A stretch of 64,000 nt of DNA from Myxococcota bacterium (GTDB taxonomy: Bacteria; Myxococcota_A; UBA9160; UBA4427), in NCBI GenBank assembly GCA_965250285.1, contig OZ252299.1, positions 2,656,001 through 2,720,000 of the forward strand, in the 5' to 3' direction. A program made the translations under genes and the position numbers. Positions 19,799-29,628 of the stretch are shown here, in pieces. Numbering within the stretch: position 1 is the first letter of the stretch; every line of letters begins with the position of its first letter. The notes beneath the pieces were generated by a model, which worked only from the letters and a program-made list of their open reading frames with translations, did no database searches and was not told the DNA's origin.

Positions 19799-21693
19799 CA
19801 GGTGTCGAGCAGCCGGGCCGCCGTGTCCGCGATGTCGCCCGCGCCGAGGCCCACCGACTCGCGCGTCTCGCCGTGCTCGATGAGCTTGTCGGGCACGCCG
19901 ATGACGCGACAGGGCCGGTTCAGGCCCGCGTCCGAGAGCGCCTCGAGGACGGCGCTGCCGAAGCCGCCGAGGGCGCTGTGCTCCTCGACGGTCACGACCG
20001 CGCGGCACTTCTCGGCGAGCGGGATCAGACGTTCGACATCGAGCGGCTTGGCGAAGCGTGCATTCCAGACGGACGCCGAGATGCCGCGGCCGGCCAGCTC
20101 CTGCGCCGCATCGAGCGCGGGATGCACCACGGTGCCGTAGGCCGCGATGAGCACGTCGTCGCCGTCGCGCAGCAGCTCCGACTCGCCGAGCGCGATCGGC
20201 TTCACGTCGGGATCGAGCGCCACGCCCTCCCCCGCGCCGCGCGGGAACCGGATCGCGGCCGGTCCCGGATACTCGACGGCGGTGGCCAGCATGTGCTGCA
20301 GCTCGTTCTCGTCCTTCGGCGCCATCACGACCACGTTCGGGAGGTTGCGCAGATACGCGACGTCGAAGAGGCCCTGGTGGGTCGCTCCGTCGGCGCCGAC
20401 GAGGCCCGCGCGGTCGAGTGCCATGGTCACGTCGAGGTTCTGCAGGCAGACGTCGTGCACGACCTGGTCGTACGCGCGCTGCAGGAACGTCGAGTAGATC
20501 GCGGCGACCGGCTTCAGCCCCTCGACCGCGAGACCGGCGGCGAAGGTGACACCATGCTGCTCGGCGATGCCCACGTCGTAGAAGCGATCGGGGAACTTGC
20601 GCTGGAACTGGTCGAGACCCGTCCCCGGCGCCATGGCCGCGGTGATCGCGACGATGCGCTCGTCGTCCTTCGCGAGGCGGCAGAGCGTGTCGCTGAAAAC
20701 CTTGGTGTACGACGGCGGCGCGGGCGTCTTCTTCTCGAACTGCCCACTCGCGACGTCGAAACGACCGACGCCGTGGTACTTCAGCGGGTCGGCCTCGGCG
20801 GGCGCGTAGCCGTGCCCCTTCTCGGTCAGCGCGTGGATCAGCACCGGGCCGCTGCCCTTGCGGCACATCTCCTTCGCGTTCTCGAGCGTCTCGAGCACGA
20901 CTTCGATCCGATGCCCCTGAATCGGGCCGACGTAGCGGAAACCGAGCGCCTCGAAGAGCAGGCCCGGCGAGAAGAACACCTTGAGCGACTCTTCGGCCTT
21001 GCGCGCCCAGTGCAGCATGTCGCCGGGCATCGACGTGAGGAACTCCTTCGCCCAGCCCTTCATGCTGCGCACCATCGGCGCGGACAGCTTGCGCGAGAGG
21101 AACGACGAGAGCGCACCCACGTTCGGCGAGATCGACATCTCGTTGTCGTTGAGCACGACGATCAGGTTCGTCTCTTCGAGGTGCCCCGCGTGGTTGAGGG
21201 CCTCGAACGCCATGCCGGCGGTCATCGCGCCGTCGCCGATCAACGCGACGACGAGGCCGTCCTCGCCCCGATGGCGCTTGCCTCGCGCCATGCCGAGCGC
21301 GGCCGAGATCGACGTGCCGGCGTGGCCCGCGCCGAAGCTGTCATGCTCACTCTCGCTGCGGCGCAGGAACTTCGAGACCCCGTCGAGCTGACCGATGGTG
21401 TCGAAGCCGGCCCGTCGCCCGGTGAGCATCTTGTGGGGGTAGCCCTGATGCCCGACGTCGAGCACGAGCCGGTCGTCGGGCGTATCGAAGACATAGTGGA
21501 TCGCCGTGATCAGCTCGACGGCGCCGAGACTCGACGCGAGATGGCCACCGGTCTGACTCACGCGATCGAGGATCTCGGCGCGAATCTCGTCGGCCACCTG
21601 CCCGACCTTCTCGCGCGGCAGTTCGCGCAGATCGGCGGGCGAGTCGATCGAATGGAGAAGTGCTCGATCCGCGTTGTCGTCGCGCGTCGTCAT
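19798..21693 (-). CDS. dxs: 1-deoxy-D-xylulose-5-phosphate synthase
   Basis: GGHLASSLG, DVGHQ, GDGAMTAG..EALN, LNDNEMSI, DVGIAEQH, DRAGLVGADGATH. Confidence 0.97.
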   Translation of the reverse strand: MTTRDDNADRALLHSIDSPADLRELPREKVGQVADEIRAEILDRVSQTGGHLASSLGAVELITAIHYVFDTPDDRLVLDVGHQGYPHKMLTGRRAGFDTIGQLDGVSKFLRRSESEHDSFGAGHAGTSISAALGMARGKRHRGEDGLVVALIGDGAMTAGMAFEALNHAGHLEETNLIVVLNDNEMSISPNVGALSSFLSRKLSAPMVRSMKGWAKEFLTSMPGDMLHWARKAEESLKVFFSPGLLFEALGFRYVGPIQGHRIEVVLETLENAKEMCRKGSGPVLIHALTEKGHGYAPAEADPLKYHGVGRFDVASGQFEKKTPAPPSYTKVFSDTLCRLAKDDERIVAITAAMAPGTGLDQFQRKFPDRFYDVGIAEQHGVTFAAGLAVEGLKPVAAIYSTFLQRAYDQVVHDVCLQNLDVTMALDRAGLVGADGATHQGLFDVAYLRNLPNVVVMAPKDENELQHMLATAVEYPGPAAIRFPRGAGEGVALDPDVKPIALGESELLRDGDDVLIAAYGTVVHPALDAAQELAGRGISASVWNARFAKPLDVERLIPLAEKCRAVVTVEEHSALGGFGSAVLEALSDAGLNRPCRVIGVPDKLIEHGETRESVGLGAGDIADTAARLLDT

Positions 21694-22538
21694 GTCTTCC
21701 TCCGCACCGCGAAGCGGGCGAGCTCGCGCAGCGGTTTGGCTTGCTCTCCCATCCCCTCGAGCTCGGCCAGAGCCCGTTCGAGGAGACGCTCTGCTTCTTC
21801 GGCCGCGCCGTCGCGACCGATCAGCGGAATCAGCGAGCACCCTTCGTCTTCGTCGGCGTCCAGCAAGTCGTCGGCCACCTGAAATGAGATGCCGACGGCC
21901 TCGCCATAGCGTCCCAATCGGCCGATCGTTTCGTCGTCGGCCCCGACGCAGAGCCCACCGCCGATGACCGACGCGGTGATCAGCGCGGCCGTCTTGCGGC
22001 GGTGAATCGAAGTCACGCTCTCGAGATCTGTACGTTTCGCGTCGAAGGCGAGGTCGTCGACCTGTCCGCCGACCAGGCCTGCCGCGCCGACCGATCTGGA
22101 CAAACAGGAGACCGCGCGGGCCACGCCTCGCTCGCCGATCGAATCGATCGCGGCCGACGCGGTGAGGGTCTCGAACGCCGCCGTCTGCAGCGCGTCGCCC
22201 GCGAGCACCGCCGTGGCCTCGTCGAACGCGACATGCACGGTCGGGCGCCCCCGCCGCTCGTCATCGTCGTCCATGCACGGCAGATCGTCGTGCACGAGAG
22301 AGTACGTGTGGATCAGCTCGACGGCCGCGGCCATCGGTGTTGCGCGGCGCGGATCGCCGCCCGCGGCCTCGGCGCCGGCATAGACGAGTGCCGGACGCAG
22401 CCGCTTGCCACCGGGGAAGACGAGGTGGCGCATGGCGGCGTGCAGCCGCGCGGGCGGCGCGTCGGCGACCGGCAGCGCGGCCTCGAGGGCTTCGTTCACC
22501 CAGGGCGTGCGTTCGGCGATGTAGGCCAGTGCATCCAT
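21690..22538 (-). CDS. ispA: Polyprenyl (farnesyl/geranylgeranyl) diphosphate synthase
   Basis: GGKRLRP, HTYSLVHDDLPCMDDDDERRG, GGQVDD, FQVADDLLD; xseB-ispA-dxs synteny. Confidence 0.93.
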   Translation of the reverse strand: MDALAYIAERTPWVNEALEAALPVADAPPARLHAAMRHLVFPGGKRLRPALVYAGAEAAGGDPRRATPMAAAVELIHTYSLVHDDLPCMDDDDERRGRPTVHVAFDEATAVLAGDALQTAAFETLTASAAIDSIGERGVARAVSCLSRSVGAAGLVGGQVDDLAFDAKRTDLESVTSIHRRKTAALITASVIGGGLCVGADDETIGRLGRYGEAVGISFQVADDLLDADEDEGCSLIPLIGRDGAAEEAERLLERALAELEGMGEQAKPLRELARFAVRRKT

Positions 22539-22560
22539 GTGGCTGCGCTCGACTCGCTTT

Positions 22561-22896
22561 CTACGCGGGCTCTTCAGCTTCGGCGGCGAACGGTCGGGTC
22601 GACGCGTCGCCGGCCTCTCCGGTGAGGATCTCGACCTTGCGCTCGGCGGCCTCGAGCTGGGCCTGGCAGTGCCGCGTCAGCTGCACCCCGTCCTCGAAGC
22701 GGGCCAGCGCGTCGGCCAGGTCGAGGTCTCCCTCCTCGAGGCGGTCGACGATGGCCTCGAGCTGAGCCAATGCGTCCTCGAAGCTCAGCTCGGCGAACGG
22801 GTTCTCGGCCTCGGCCCCGTCGCTGGCCTTCTTCTTGGCCGCCTTGCGTGCGCTGGTCTTGCGCCCGCCCGACTGGCTGCGGCTCCCCTCGGTCAC
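22561..22896 (-). CDS. xseB: Exodeoxyribonuclease VII small subunit
   Basis: SFEDALAQLEAIVDRLEEGDLDLADALARFEDG...LEAAERKVEIL. Confidence 0.93.
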   Translation of the reverse strand: MTEGSRSQSGGRKTSARKAAKKKASDGAEAENPFAELSFEDALAQLEAIVDRLEEGDLDLADALARFEDGVQLTRHCQAQLEAAERKVEILTGEAGDASTRPFAAEAEEPA

Positions 22897-23063
22897 GGCT
22901 CCTCCCTCGCTCGATCGCTCGATCGCCGTCCACGCGATCTTGCGCTCTCAATATGCGCAGATTGTGGCGCCGGTGAGGAAGGAAACAGCCGCAGGCGAAC
23001 CCAGATCGAGATCTCGATCGCCCCCACCGGGCGTGCACGGGCAGCACACGACGATCGCCGCCA

Positions 23064-23091
23064 AACGTACCCCAGGGCGCCTGTCCGTCAA
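23064..23091 (-). promoter_or_regulatory. Putative internal sigma-70 promoter for xseB-ispA-dxs-tlyA
   Basis: Minus strand TTGACG-N16-TACGTT in the xseA-xseB gap. The same -10 hexamer occurs at the ccm promoter. Confidence 0.45.
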
Positions 23092-23162
23092 TCAACGAGG
23101 CCCGCCAAGACACCGGTTCTGAAGGCTTTTTCAAGCAACCGCGCGTTGCATGAAGAATCGCT

Positions 23163-24518
23163 TCAGTCGCCCTCGACCTCGCTCACCGAGGCGCGAAGCG
23201 CGCCCTCGCCGAGCTGCAGACGCACGTCGTCGCCGGGCGCCACATCGGCCGCCCGGCGCAAGATGCGCCCGTCTCGCGCGCGGCGAGCGACGGCGAAGCC
23301 CCGGCCGAGCACGGCCAGCGGAGAGAGCGCGTCGAGACGAGCCGAGAGTGAACCGAGCCGGGCCTGCGCACGCTCCGGAGCGCGCTGGCCGGCCGGCACG
23401 AGCGCATGGGCCGCGACCTCGAGCCGAGCCCGCGCCCGCCGCGGATGCGCGGCCAGCGCGTGTCCGAGGGCGAGCCGAGCCCGCGAGAGCCGCTCACCGG
23501 CCTCGGCCGGGACTCGGGCGGTCGCGATCGGGAGCGCCCGAACGGCGGCGTTCAAGCGCGCGCGCCAGGTCGCGATGCGCGCCGCGGGCGAGAGGGCCCG
23601 CAGCGCGTCGGCCTCACGGTGCAGCCGCGCTTGCAGACGTTCGGCCTGACTGCTCATCGCGAGCGCGAGGCGGTGCGCCGCCCGCTCGACGTCGCTTCGC
23701 AACTCGTCGCGGTGCGGCACCACGAGCTCGGCCGCGGCCGACGGCGTCGGCGCGCGGACGTCGGCGACGAGGTCGGCGATCGTCACGTCCACCTCGTGCC
23801 CGACGCCCGAGATCACGGGATGCGGACACGCGGCGATGGCCCGGGCGACCGCCTCGGTGTTGAACGCCTGCAGGTCTTCGAGCGAACCGCCGCCGCGCAC
23901 GACGAGCACCACGTCGACGTCCTGCGCCCCGATCGCCTCGATCGCGGCCGCCACTTCGGCGGCGGCCGTCGCCCCCTGAACCTGGGTCGGAGACACGAGG
24001 ATCGGCACGCCGGGCAGCCGCCGCGCGGTCACCTCGAGCACGTCGCGAATCGCCGCGCTCGTCGGCGACGTGACGAGACCGATGCGGCGCGGCAGCGGCG
24101 GCGGCGTGCGCTTGCGCGCTGGATCGAAGAGGCCCTCGGCCTCGAGGCGCCGGCGCAGCTGCTCGAAGGCGAGCTGCAGAGCCCCGGTTCCGCGCGGCTC
24201 GATGGCGCGGACGATCAGCTGCAGGTCACCCCGTGCGGCATAGATCGAGACCTCGGCGTACACCTCGACCTCGAGCCCGTCTTCGAGTTCGAACGGCACA
24301 CGCGTGCCTGCGCTGCGAAAGAGCGCGCAGCGGATCTGGCCCTGCTCGTCTTTCAGGGAGAAGTAGCTGTGGCCCGAGCGGGCCCGGTGCAGGTTGCTGA
24401 TCTCGCCGCTGGTCCAGACGCGCCCGACCTGATCGTCGAGCAGCCCCGACAGACCGGCGAGCAGCTCGCTCACCGTGAACACGCGCCGGGTGCGCTCGCC
24501 GCGCTGGGCCTCGGCCAT
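23163..24518 (-). CDS. xseA: Exodeoxyribonuclease VII large subunit
   Basis: VFTVSEL, GEISNL, SGHSYFSLKD, RGGGSLEDL, SGVGHEVD, RAPTPSAAAE, SPLAVLGRG. Confidence 0.96.
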   Translation of the reverse strand: MAEAQRGERTRRVFTVSELLAGLSGLLDDQVGRVWTSGEISNLHRARSGHSYFSLKDEQGQIRCALFRSAGTRVPFELEDGLEVEVYAEVSIYAARGDLQLIVRAIEPRGTGALQLAFEQLRRRLEAEGLFDPARKRTPPPLPRRIGLVTSPTSAAIRDVLEVTARRLPGVPILVSPTQVQGATAAAEVAAAIEAIGAQDVDVVLVVRGGGSLEDLQAFNTEAVARAIAACPHPVISGVGHEVDVTIADLVADVRAPTPSAAAELVVPHRDELRSDVERAAHRLALAMSSQAERLQARLHREADALRALSPAARIATWRARLNAAVRALPIATARVPAEAGERLSRARLALGHALAAHPRRARARLEVAAHALVPAGQRAPERAQARLGSLSARLDALSPLAVLGRGFAVARRARDGRILRRAADVAPGDDVRLQLGEGALRASVSEVEGD

Positions 24519-24526
24519 GCGGAGCG

Positions 24527-26008
24527 TCAGCTGCCGGGGGCGTCGGGCGTGGGCTCGGCCTCGGCCGGCGTGGCGGCGGGCTCGGCCTCGATCACCTCGG
24601 TGTCGACCGACGCGGTCACCGTGGGCGGTCGCCGCGCGCGCAGCCCTTCGAAGTAGCGCCAGCTCTTCAAGACCTCGATGGCGCGGTCGAGCACGACGTC
24701 GGGCTCCGCCTCTTCGACCTCGACCTCTTCGACGGCGACGCTGTCGTCGACCTCGTCGACCTCGATGGCCGCGCCGGCTTCGGCGCCCGGATCGGCATCG
24801 GCATGCGTGAGATGGCCGAGCAGGTCGCGCTCGCGCACGCGCATGCGGCGCTCCTCTTCGACCGACGCGAGCACCGCCAGCGCGATGTCGGGGTCGATGC
24901 CGACCTCCTGAATCGAGCGGCCGGACGGCGTGTAGTAGAGCGCCGTGGTGAGCCGAAGCGCAGCACCGGCTTCGAGCGGATAGACCGTCTGCACCGAGCC
25001 CTTGCCGAACGTCGCGTGGCCCAGCACGAGGGCGCGATCGTGATCCTGGAGCGCGCCCGCGACGATCTCGGACGCGCTCGCGCTGCCGGCGTTCACCAGA
25101 ACGACGATCGGGTAGTCGGGCTCGACGCCCTCGGCGTGCGCCATGAAATCCTGTCGCTCGTCGTCGCTGCGGCCCTGCGTGTAGACGATGAGCCCCTCGC
25201 CGAGCCAGTGATCGGCCACGCTCACCGCCTGGGTCAGCAGACCACCCGGGTTGTCGCGCAGATCGAGGACGAGCCCCTGGATGCCGTCGGGGTTCTCGGC
25301 GTGCAGGACGACGAGCCCCTCACCGACCTCCTCGCCGGTGCGCTCCTGGAAGCTGCGGATGCGCAAATGCGCATAGCCGGGCTCGACGGTCTCGGCGACG
25401 ACCGAAGCCATCTGCACGACGTCGCGCTTGATCGTGAACGGGCGCGGCTCTTCGAAGCCGTCGCGGAAGACGTGAATCGTGATCTCGGTGCCCTTGCGGC
25501 CGCGCATCAGCCGCACCGCCTCGACGAGCGTCATCGGCTGGGTGTTTCGACAGGTCTCGCCCTCTTCCCAGTCTTCGGGAACCTCGGTCGGACAGATCTC
25601 GGTGATCTGATCCTGGGCCTCGATCCCCGCGCGAAACGCCGGCGTGCCCTCGATCGGCGAGACGACGAGAATGAAGCGCCCAGGCCCCTTGGTGATCTCG
25701 ATGCCGAGGCCGTGGAACTCGCCGGTCGTGTCGACCTGCATCTCCTCGTAGGCATCGCTCGACATGTACGCCGAGTGCGGATCGAGCGAGCGCAGCAGCC
25801 CCTGCATGGCGCTCTCCATCAGCAGGTGCTCGTCGACCGGCTCGACGTAGTTGCGGCGTACGAGGTCGAGCACGTTCGCGAAGAGGCTCAGATCCTGGTA
25901 GCGCGACGCCGCCCAGCCGGCGCTGCCCGCGACCAGCGCGCCGACGCAGAGCGTGGCGACGACGCCGCCGACGAACGCGACGATGGGATGAGGGGTGGTT
26001 CGCTTCAT
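24527..26008 (-). CDS. ctpA: Carboxyl-terminal processing protease (S41A)
   Basis: LDPHSAY, GEFHGLGIEI, LDLRDNPGGLL, SASASEIVAGALQD, TFGKGSVQ, YYTPSGRSIQ. Confidence 0.93.
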   Translation of the reverse strand: MKRTTPHPIVAFVGGVVATLCVGALVAGSAGWAASRYQDLSLFANVLDLVRRNYVEPVDEHLLMESAMQGLLRSLDPHSAYMSSDAYEEMQVDTTGEFHGLGIEITKGPGRFILVVSPIEGTPAFRAGIEAQDQITEICPTEVPEDWEEGETCRNTQPMTLVEAVRLMRGRKGTEITIHVFRDGFEEPRPFTIKRDVVQMASVVAETVEPGYAHLRIRSFQERTGEEVGEGLVVLHAENPDGIQGLVLDLRDNPGGLLTQAVSVADHWLGEGLIVYTQGRSDDERQDFMAHAEGVEPDYPIVVLVNAGSASASEIVAGALQDHDRALVLGHATFGKGSVQTVYPLEAGAALRLTTALYYTPSGRSIQEVGIDPDIALAVLASVEEERRMRVRERDLLGHLTHADADPGAEAGAAIEVDEVDDSVAVEEVEVEEAEPDVVLDRAIEVLKSWRYFEGLRARRPPTVTASVDTEVIEAEPAATPAEAEPTPDAPGS

Positions 26009-26209
26009 TCGATCTCCGGAGTCTCGGGTCGCTGTGCGAACGACCCGACTCGCCATGGGGCCCGCGGCGCGCAGGCGTGAAGACGTCTTCGGCGCGGACC
26101 GCGCGGGAGGTTAGCGGTCCGCGCGGCGCCGCGACGCACCGGGTCACCGCATGGGGACTGAGACGCCGCTCCGCCGCCCGAGGTGCCCCCGCCCGGCCAT
26201 TCGGCGGGG

Positions 26210-27412
26210 TCAGCCGCGCCCGCGCTCGCCGAACCAGCCCTCGGGATCGAGGGGCTCGCCGCTCGCGCGCAGCTCGAAGTAGAGGCTCGGGCCCGAGAGC
26301 GAGCCCGTCTCGCCGACCGTGCCGAGCGTGTCGCCGCGCTTCACGAGGTCGCCGGCCTCGACGAAGATCTCGTCGAGATGGCCCGATACGCTGAAGTAGC
26401 CCTCGCCGTGGTCGACGATCACGATTCGGCCGTAGCCACGAAACCAGCCGGCAAAGCGCACGGCGCCCGGGGCGACGCTCGTGACCGAATCGCCGGCGGG
26501 CGCCCCGAACTCGACCCCCTTGCGGAACGTCTCGGTGCCGAACTCCTCGTCGATCACCCGCCCGAACGGTGCGACGATGCGGGCGGGCACGGGCCGCGGC
26601 AGCGAGCCGGCCAGAGCCGCGAAGCCGGTTCCTTCGAAGCCCTCGCCGCTGCGCGCGCTGAGCGTCTCGAGCTTCTCCTCGAGGGCCCTTGCCGCGCGCT
26701 CGAGCTCGACGAGCAGCTCGCGCTCGCGGGTGCGGTCGGTGCGGGCGCGCGTGAGCAGCTCGGCCTTCACGACGCGCTCGGCCTCGAGACCGCGCTCGCG
26801 TTCGGCGAGCTCGGCCAGCGCCTGCTCGCGCGCGATCTGCGCCTCGCGCGCCACGCGAGCCACGGTTTCGAGCTCGGCGAGATCCTGGTCGTAGCGGCCG
26901 ACGAGATCGGCGTCGTAGTCGAGCAGGCGCCGCAGGCTGCTGGCGCGAACGAGCAGATCCTGCACGGACGCGCTCGAGAAGAGCACGCGCACGGGGCCCA
27001 TCTCGCCGGCCTTGTACAGCGCGACGGCGCGCACGCGCATGGCGGCTCGGGTGCGTGCGAGGCGCGCCGACGCCGCCTCGACCTCGGGCTCGATCTCGTC
27101 GAGGGCCTGGCGCGCGGCCGCCGCCTTGCGCCGCGCGCTCCGCACGTCGTTTCGCAGTCGCGTCGACGCCTGATCGATGCCCTCGAGCACCTCGAGCAGG
27201 TCGCGTTCGCTCCGCTCGAACTCGCCGACGCGCTCGCGACTCGACTCGATCGCCTCGCGTAGGGCCTCGAGCTCGGAGGCGGTCTGGCTCTGTTCGTCCT
27301 GCGCGCTCGCTTCGCCGATGGCGGCGAGGCTGAAGACGAGCACGGCGAGCAGCCGCGGCATCCTGCTCCAGACCGGCCGGCGCGATCGACGGGCCGGGCG
27401 GCAACGGCGCAT
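26210..27412 (-). CDS. envC: Murein hydrolase activator EnvC (coiled coil + M23 domain)
   Basis: Signal peptide, long coiled coil, degenerate M23 domain (FAGWFRGYGRIVIVDHG...LYFELR); downstream of ftsEX. Confidence 0.88.
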   Translation of the reverse strand: MRRCRPARRSRRPVWSRMPRLLAVLVFSLAAIGEASAQDEQSQTASELEALREAIESSRERVGEFERSERDLLEVLEGIDQASTRLRNDVRSARRKAAAARQALDEIEPEVEAASARLARTRAAMRVRAVALYKAGEMGPVRVLFSSASVQDLLVRASSLRRLLDYDADLVGRYDQDLAELETVARVAREAQIAREQALAELAERERGLEAERVVKAELLTRARTDRTRERELLVELERAARALEEKLETLSARSGEGFEGTGFAALAGSLPRPVPARIVAPFGRVIDEEFGTETFRKGVEFGAPAGDSVTSVAPGAVRFAGWFRGYGRIVIVDHGEGYFSVSGHLDEIFVEAGDLVKRGDTLGTVGETGSLSGPSLYFELRASGEPLDPEGWFGERGRG

Positions 27413-28311
27413 CAGCTCCGCTCTCCGACGAGCGCGGCGAACGACCCGAGCAGCCCCAACCCGGCGCCCCCGATGATCAGGCGGACGATCTCGCCGCCGT
27501 CGAGGAAGCGCGGCGCCGCGTTGCCGAGGAAGAACACGAGCCCGTCGCGCAGCTGGGGCACGAAGAGCTGGAACCCGATCGCCAGGAGTCCGACGGCGAC
27601 CATCCCGCCGACGGCGCCCTGCAGCGTGCCCTCGAGCAGGAAGGGCACGCGCACGTACGTGCGGCTCGCGCCGACCAGCGCCAGGATGTCGAGCTCGTCG
27701 CCGCGCGCGTAGACCGCGAGCCGGATCGTGTTCATCACGATGAGCAGCGTCGCGAGCACGAGCACGGCCCCGAGCAGGGTCGCGCCGCCCCGCGCGACGC
27801 GGGCCGCGCGGGCGTAGCCCTCGATCCACTCCTGGCCGTGCGCCACCTCGGCGACGCCGTCGAGGGCGAGCAGCTCGGTCTCGAGGCTGCGCAGTCCCGA
27901 CTCGGTGCGTCGGTCGATCTCGAGCACGACCTCGAGCGACGCCGGCAGCGGGTTCTCTTCGAGGCCGGCGATCAGCGCCGCCCCGCCCTGCATGCGCTCG
28001 AAGCGCGCGAGCGCCGCCTCTTCGTCGACGAGATCGACCTGCTCGACGCCCGGCAAGCCGGCGGCCTGGCTGGCCAGCGACCTCTGGCGTGCCCCGCCGA
28101 GCTCGGCGTCGAGATACGCCGTGACCTTGAGGTCGCGGCCGAAGTCGTCGAGCAGCCCCTGCATGTTGCCGACCAGCAGCCCGAATGCGCCGACGAGCAC
28201 GAGCGCGATCGCGATGGTCAGCGTCGCGATGGCGGTGGTCACGGGGCTCGTCTGCAGGCCGCGCACGGCCGAGCGCATCAGCAGGTAGACGATGACGCCG
28301 ACCCGGTTCAT
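27412..28311 (-). CDS. ftsX: Cell division permease FtsX
   Basis: ENPLPASLEV, NTIRLAVYARGDEL, LVGASRTYVRVPFLLEG. Confidence 0.93.
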   Translation of the reverse strand: MNRVGVIVYLLMRSAVRGLQTSPVTTAIATLTIAIALVLVGAFGLLVGNMQGLLDDFGRDLKVTAYLDAELGGARQRSLASQAAGLPGVEQVDLVDEEAALARFERMQGGAALIAGLEENPLPASLEVVLEIDRRTESGLRSLETELLALDGVAEVAHGQEWIEGYARAARVARGGATLLGAVLVLATLLIVMNTIRLAVYARGDELDILALVGASRTYVRVPFLLEGTLQGAVGGMVAVGLLAIGFQLFVPQLRDGLVFFLGNAAPRFLDGGEIVRLIIGGAGLGLLGSFAALVGERS

Positions 28312-29042
28312 CCGTAGACCCCGGCGGCGGGCGTATCTTCGACGAGGCGCCCGGCCTCGAGGCGCAGGGTGCGCTTGCGGTAGCGGTCGATCAGCGAGTG
28401 GTCGTGGGTCGCGACGATGACCGTCGTGCCCCGGGTCGCCGCAGCCGCGATCAGATCCATGATCTCGAGGGTGAGCTCGGGATCGAGATTGCCGGTGGGC
28501 TCGTCGGCGAGCAGGATCTCGGGCTCGGCGACGAGGGCGCGGGCGATGGCCACGCGCTGCTGTTCGCCGCCCGAGAGCGACATCGGGTGATGAAACCGCC
28601 GCTGTTGCAGGCCGACCTGCTTGAGCATGCCGAAGACCCGCGAGCGTGCTTCTCGTCGCGACGTCCCGACGACGTCGAGCGACATGCTCACGTTCTCCTC
28701 GACCGTCCGGCCCTGGAGCAGCTTGAAATCCTGGAACACGACGCCGACCCGGCGGCGCAGCGCGGGGATCGCCGCCTCGCGCAGGCGCGCGATGTTGCGA
28801 CCGAGAACGAGGATCTGGCCTTCGGTCGGTCGCTCGGCGGCGAAGAGCAGCTCGAGCAGCGTCGTCTTGCCCGCGCCCGACGAGCCGGTCAGGAACACGA
28901 GCTCGCCGCGATCGATCTCGAGGGAGACGTCCTTGAGCGCCCAGGTGCCGGCGAGGTAGCTCTTCGAGACGTGATACATGCGCACGGGGCTCTCGCCGCG
29001 TGCGTCGAAGACCGAGCCGGTCGAATCGGTCCGAGGGCTCAC
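28308..29042 (-). CDS. ftsE: Cell division ATP-binding protein FtsE (start uncertain, 28979-29042)
   Basis: HVSKSY, GSSGAGKTT, GVVFQDFKLL, LSGGEQQRVAIARA, ADEPTGNLD; adjacent to ftsX. Confidence 0.93.
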   Translation of the reverse strand: MSPRTDSTGSVFDARGESPVRMYHVSKSYLAGTWALKDVSLEIDRGELVFLTGSSGAGKTTLLELLFAAERPTEGQILVLGRNIARLREAAIPALRRRVGVVFQDFKLLQGRTVEENVSMSLDVVGTSRREARSRVFGMLKQVGLQQRRFHHPMSLSGGEQQRVAIARALVAEPEILLADEPTGNLDPELTLEIMDLIAAAATRGTTVIVATHDHSLIDRYRKRTLRLEAGRLVEDTPAAGVYG

Positions 29043-29073
29043 CGGGAGGAGCCTCGCGTCGGGGGCCTCGGGC

Positions 29074-29628
29074 TCACTTGGAAGAACGTTTTCGCTTGCG
29101 CGCGTTCTCCACCAGGAAATCGAGGACCACTTCGTCGAGGGGCTTGTTGCTGACGACACCCTTGCCGAACGCCTTGCTCAGCCGCTCCTGCGTCGACTCG
29201 TTCGGATCGGCCGGAGCGGGGCTCGGGGCCGGCGCTTCGGTCGCGGTCGGCCGGGTCTTGCGCGCCGACTCCGCCGCGGCTGCGGCGTCCTCGGGCGCGA
29301 CCACCTCGGCGTCGTCCGTCACGTCCGCCACGGTCTCCGCGAACACCTCCGGCCCGAGGCGCTGCCGGATCGTGTCGTCGAAGCCGCCCTTACTCAGCTG
29401 CTTGAGCATCGACTTGTGCTGGCCCTCCATGAGAGCCTTCACTTCGATCTCGAGCGCATCGTCGTCGAGGTGGAGCTTGTCACCGTACGCACCCTTCACC
29501 GACGTCATGATGTTGCCGCCGTGGAACAGATGCGTGATGACGTGCGGGTTCTCCCGCCCACTGTCCTCGGTCTGGACGTGGAAGAGCACCCCTCGATAGC
29601 GGAAGTTCGTGTTGAACCCGGAAAGCAT
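29074..29628 (-). CDS. Conserved hypothetical protein (GFNTN...HVQTEDSG type)
   Basis: MLSGFNTNFRYRGVLFHVQTEDSGRENPHVITHLFHGGNI...LMEGQHKSMLKQL; C-terminal KPLDEVVLDFL. I recognise this N-terminal motif from uncharacterised deltaproteobacterial proteins. Confidence 0.8.
   Translation of the reverse strand: MLSGFNTNFRYRGVLFHVQTEDSGRENPHVITHLFHGGNIMTSVKGAYGDKLHLDDDALEIEVKALMEGQHKSMLKQLSKGGFDDTIRQRLGPEVFAETVADVTDDAEVVAPEDAAAAAESARKTRPTATEAPAPSPAPADPNESTQERLSKAFGKGVVSNKPLDEVVLDFLVENARKRKRSSK

Noticed and set aside
22965..23000. GGTGAGGAAGGAAACAGCC resembles the SRP RNA domain IV motif (CAGGUCCGGAAGGAAGCAGC)
   Set aside because: The bases flanking GGAA (GA/GG) cannot form the required stem, and no long SRP hairpin is evident.
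7296..26080. Many long plus-strand ORFs antisense to the minus-strand operons (e.g. 11785-13716, 15185-17095, 19711-21882)
   Set aside because: Typical stop-poor antisense frames of high-GC genes, with no recognisable motifs.
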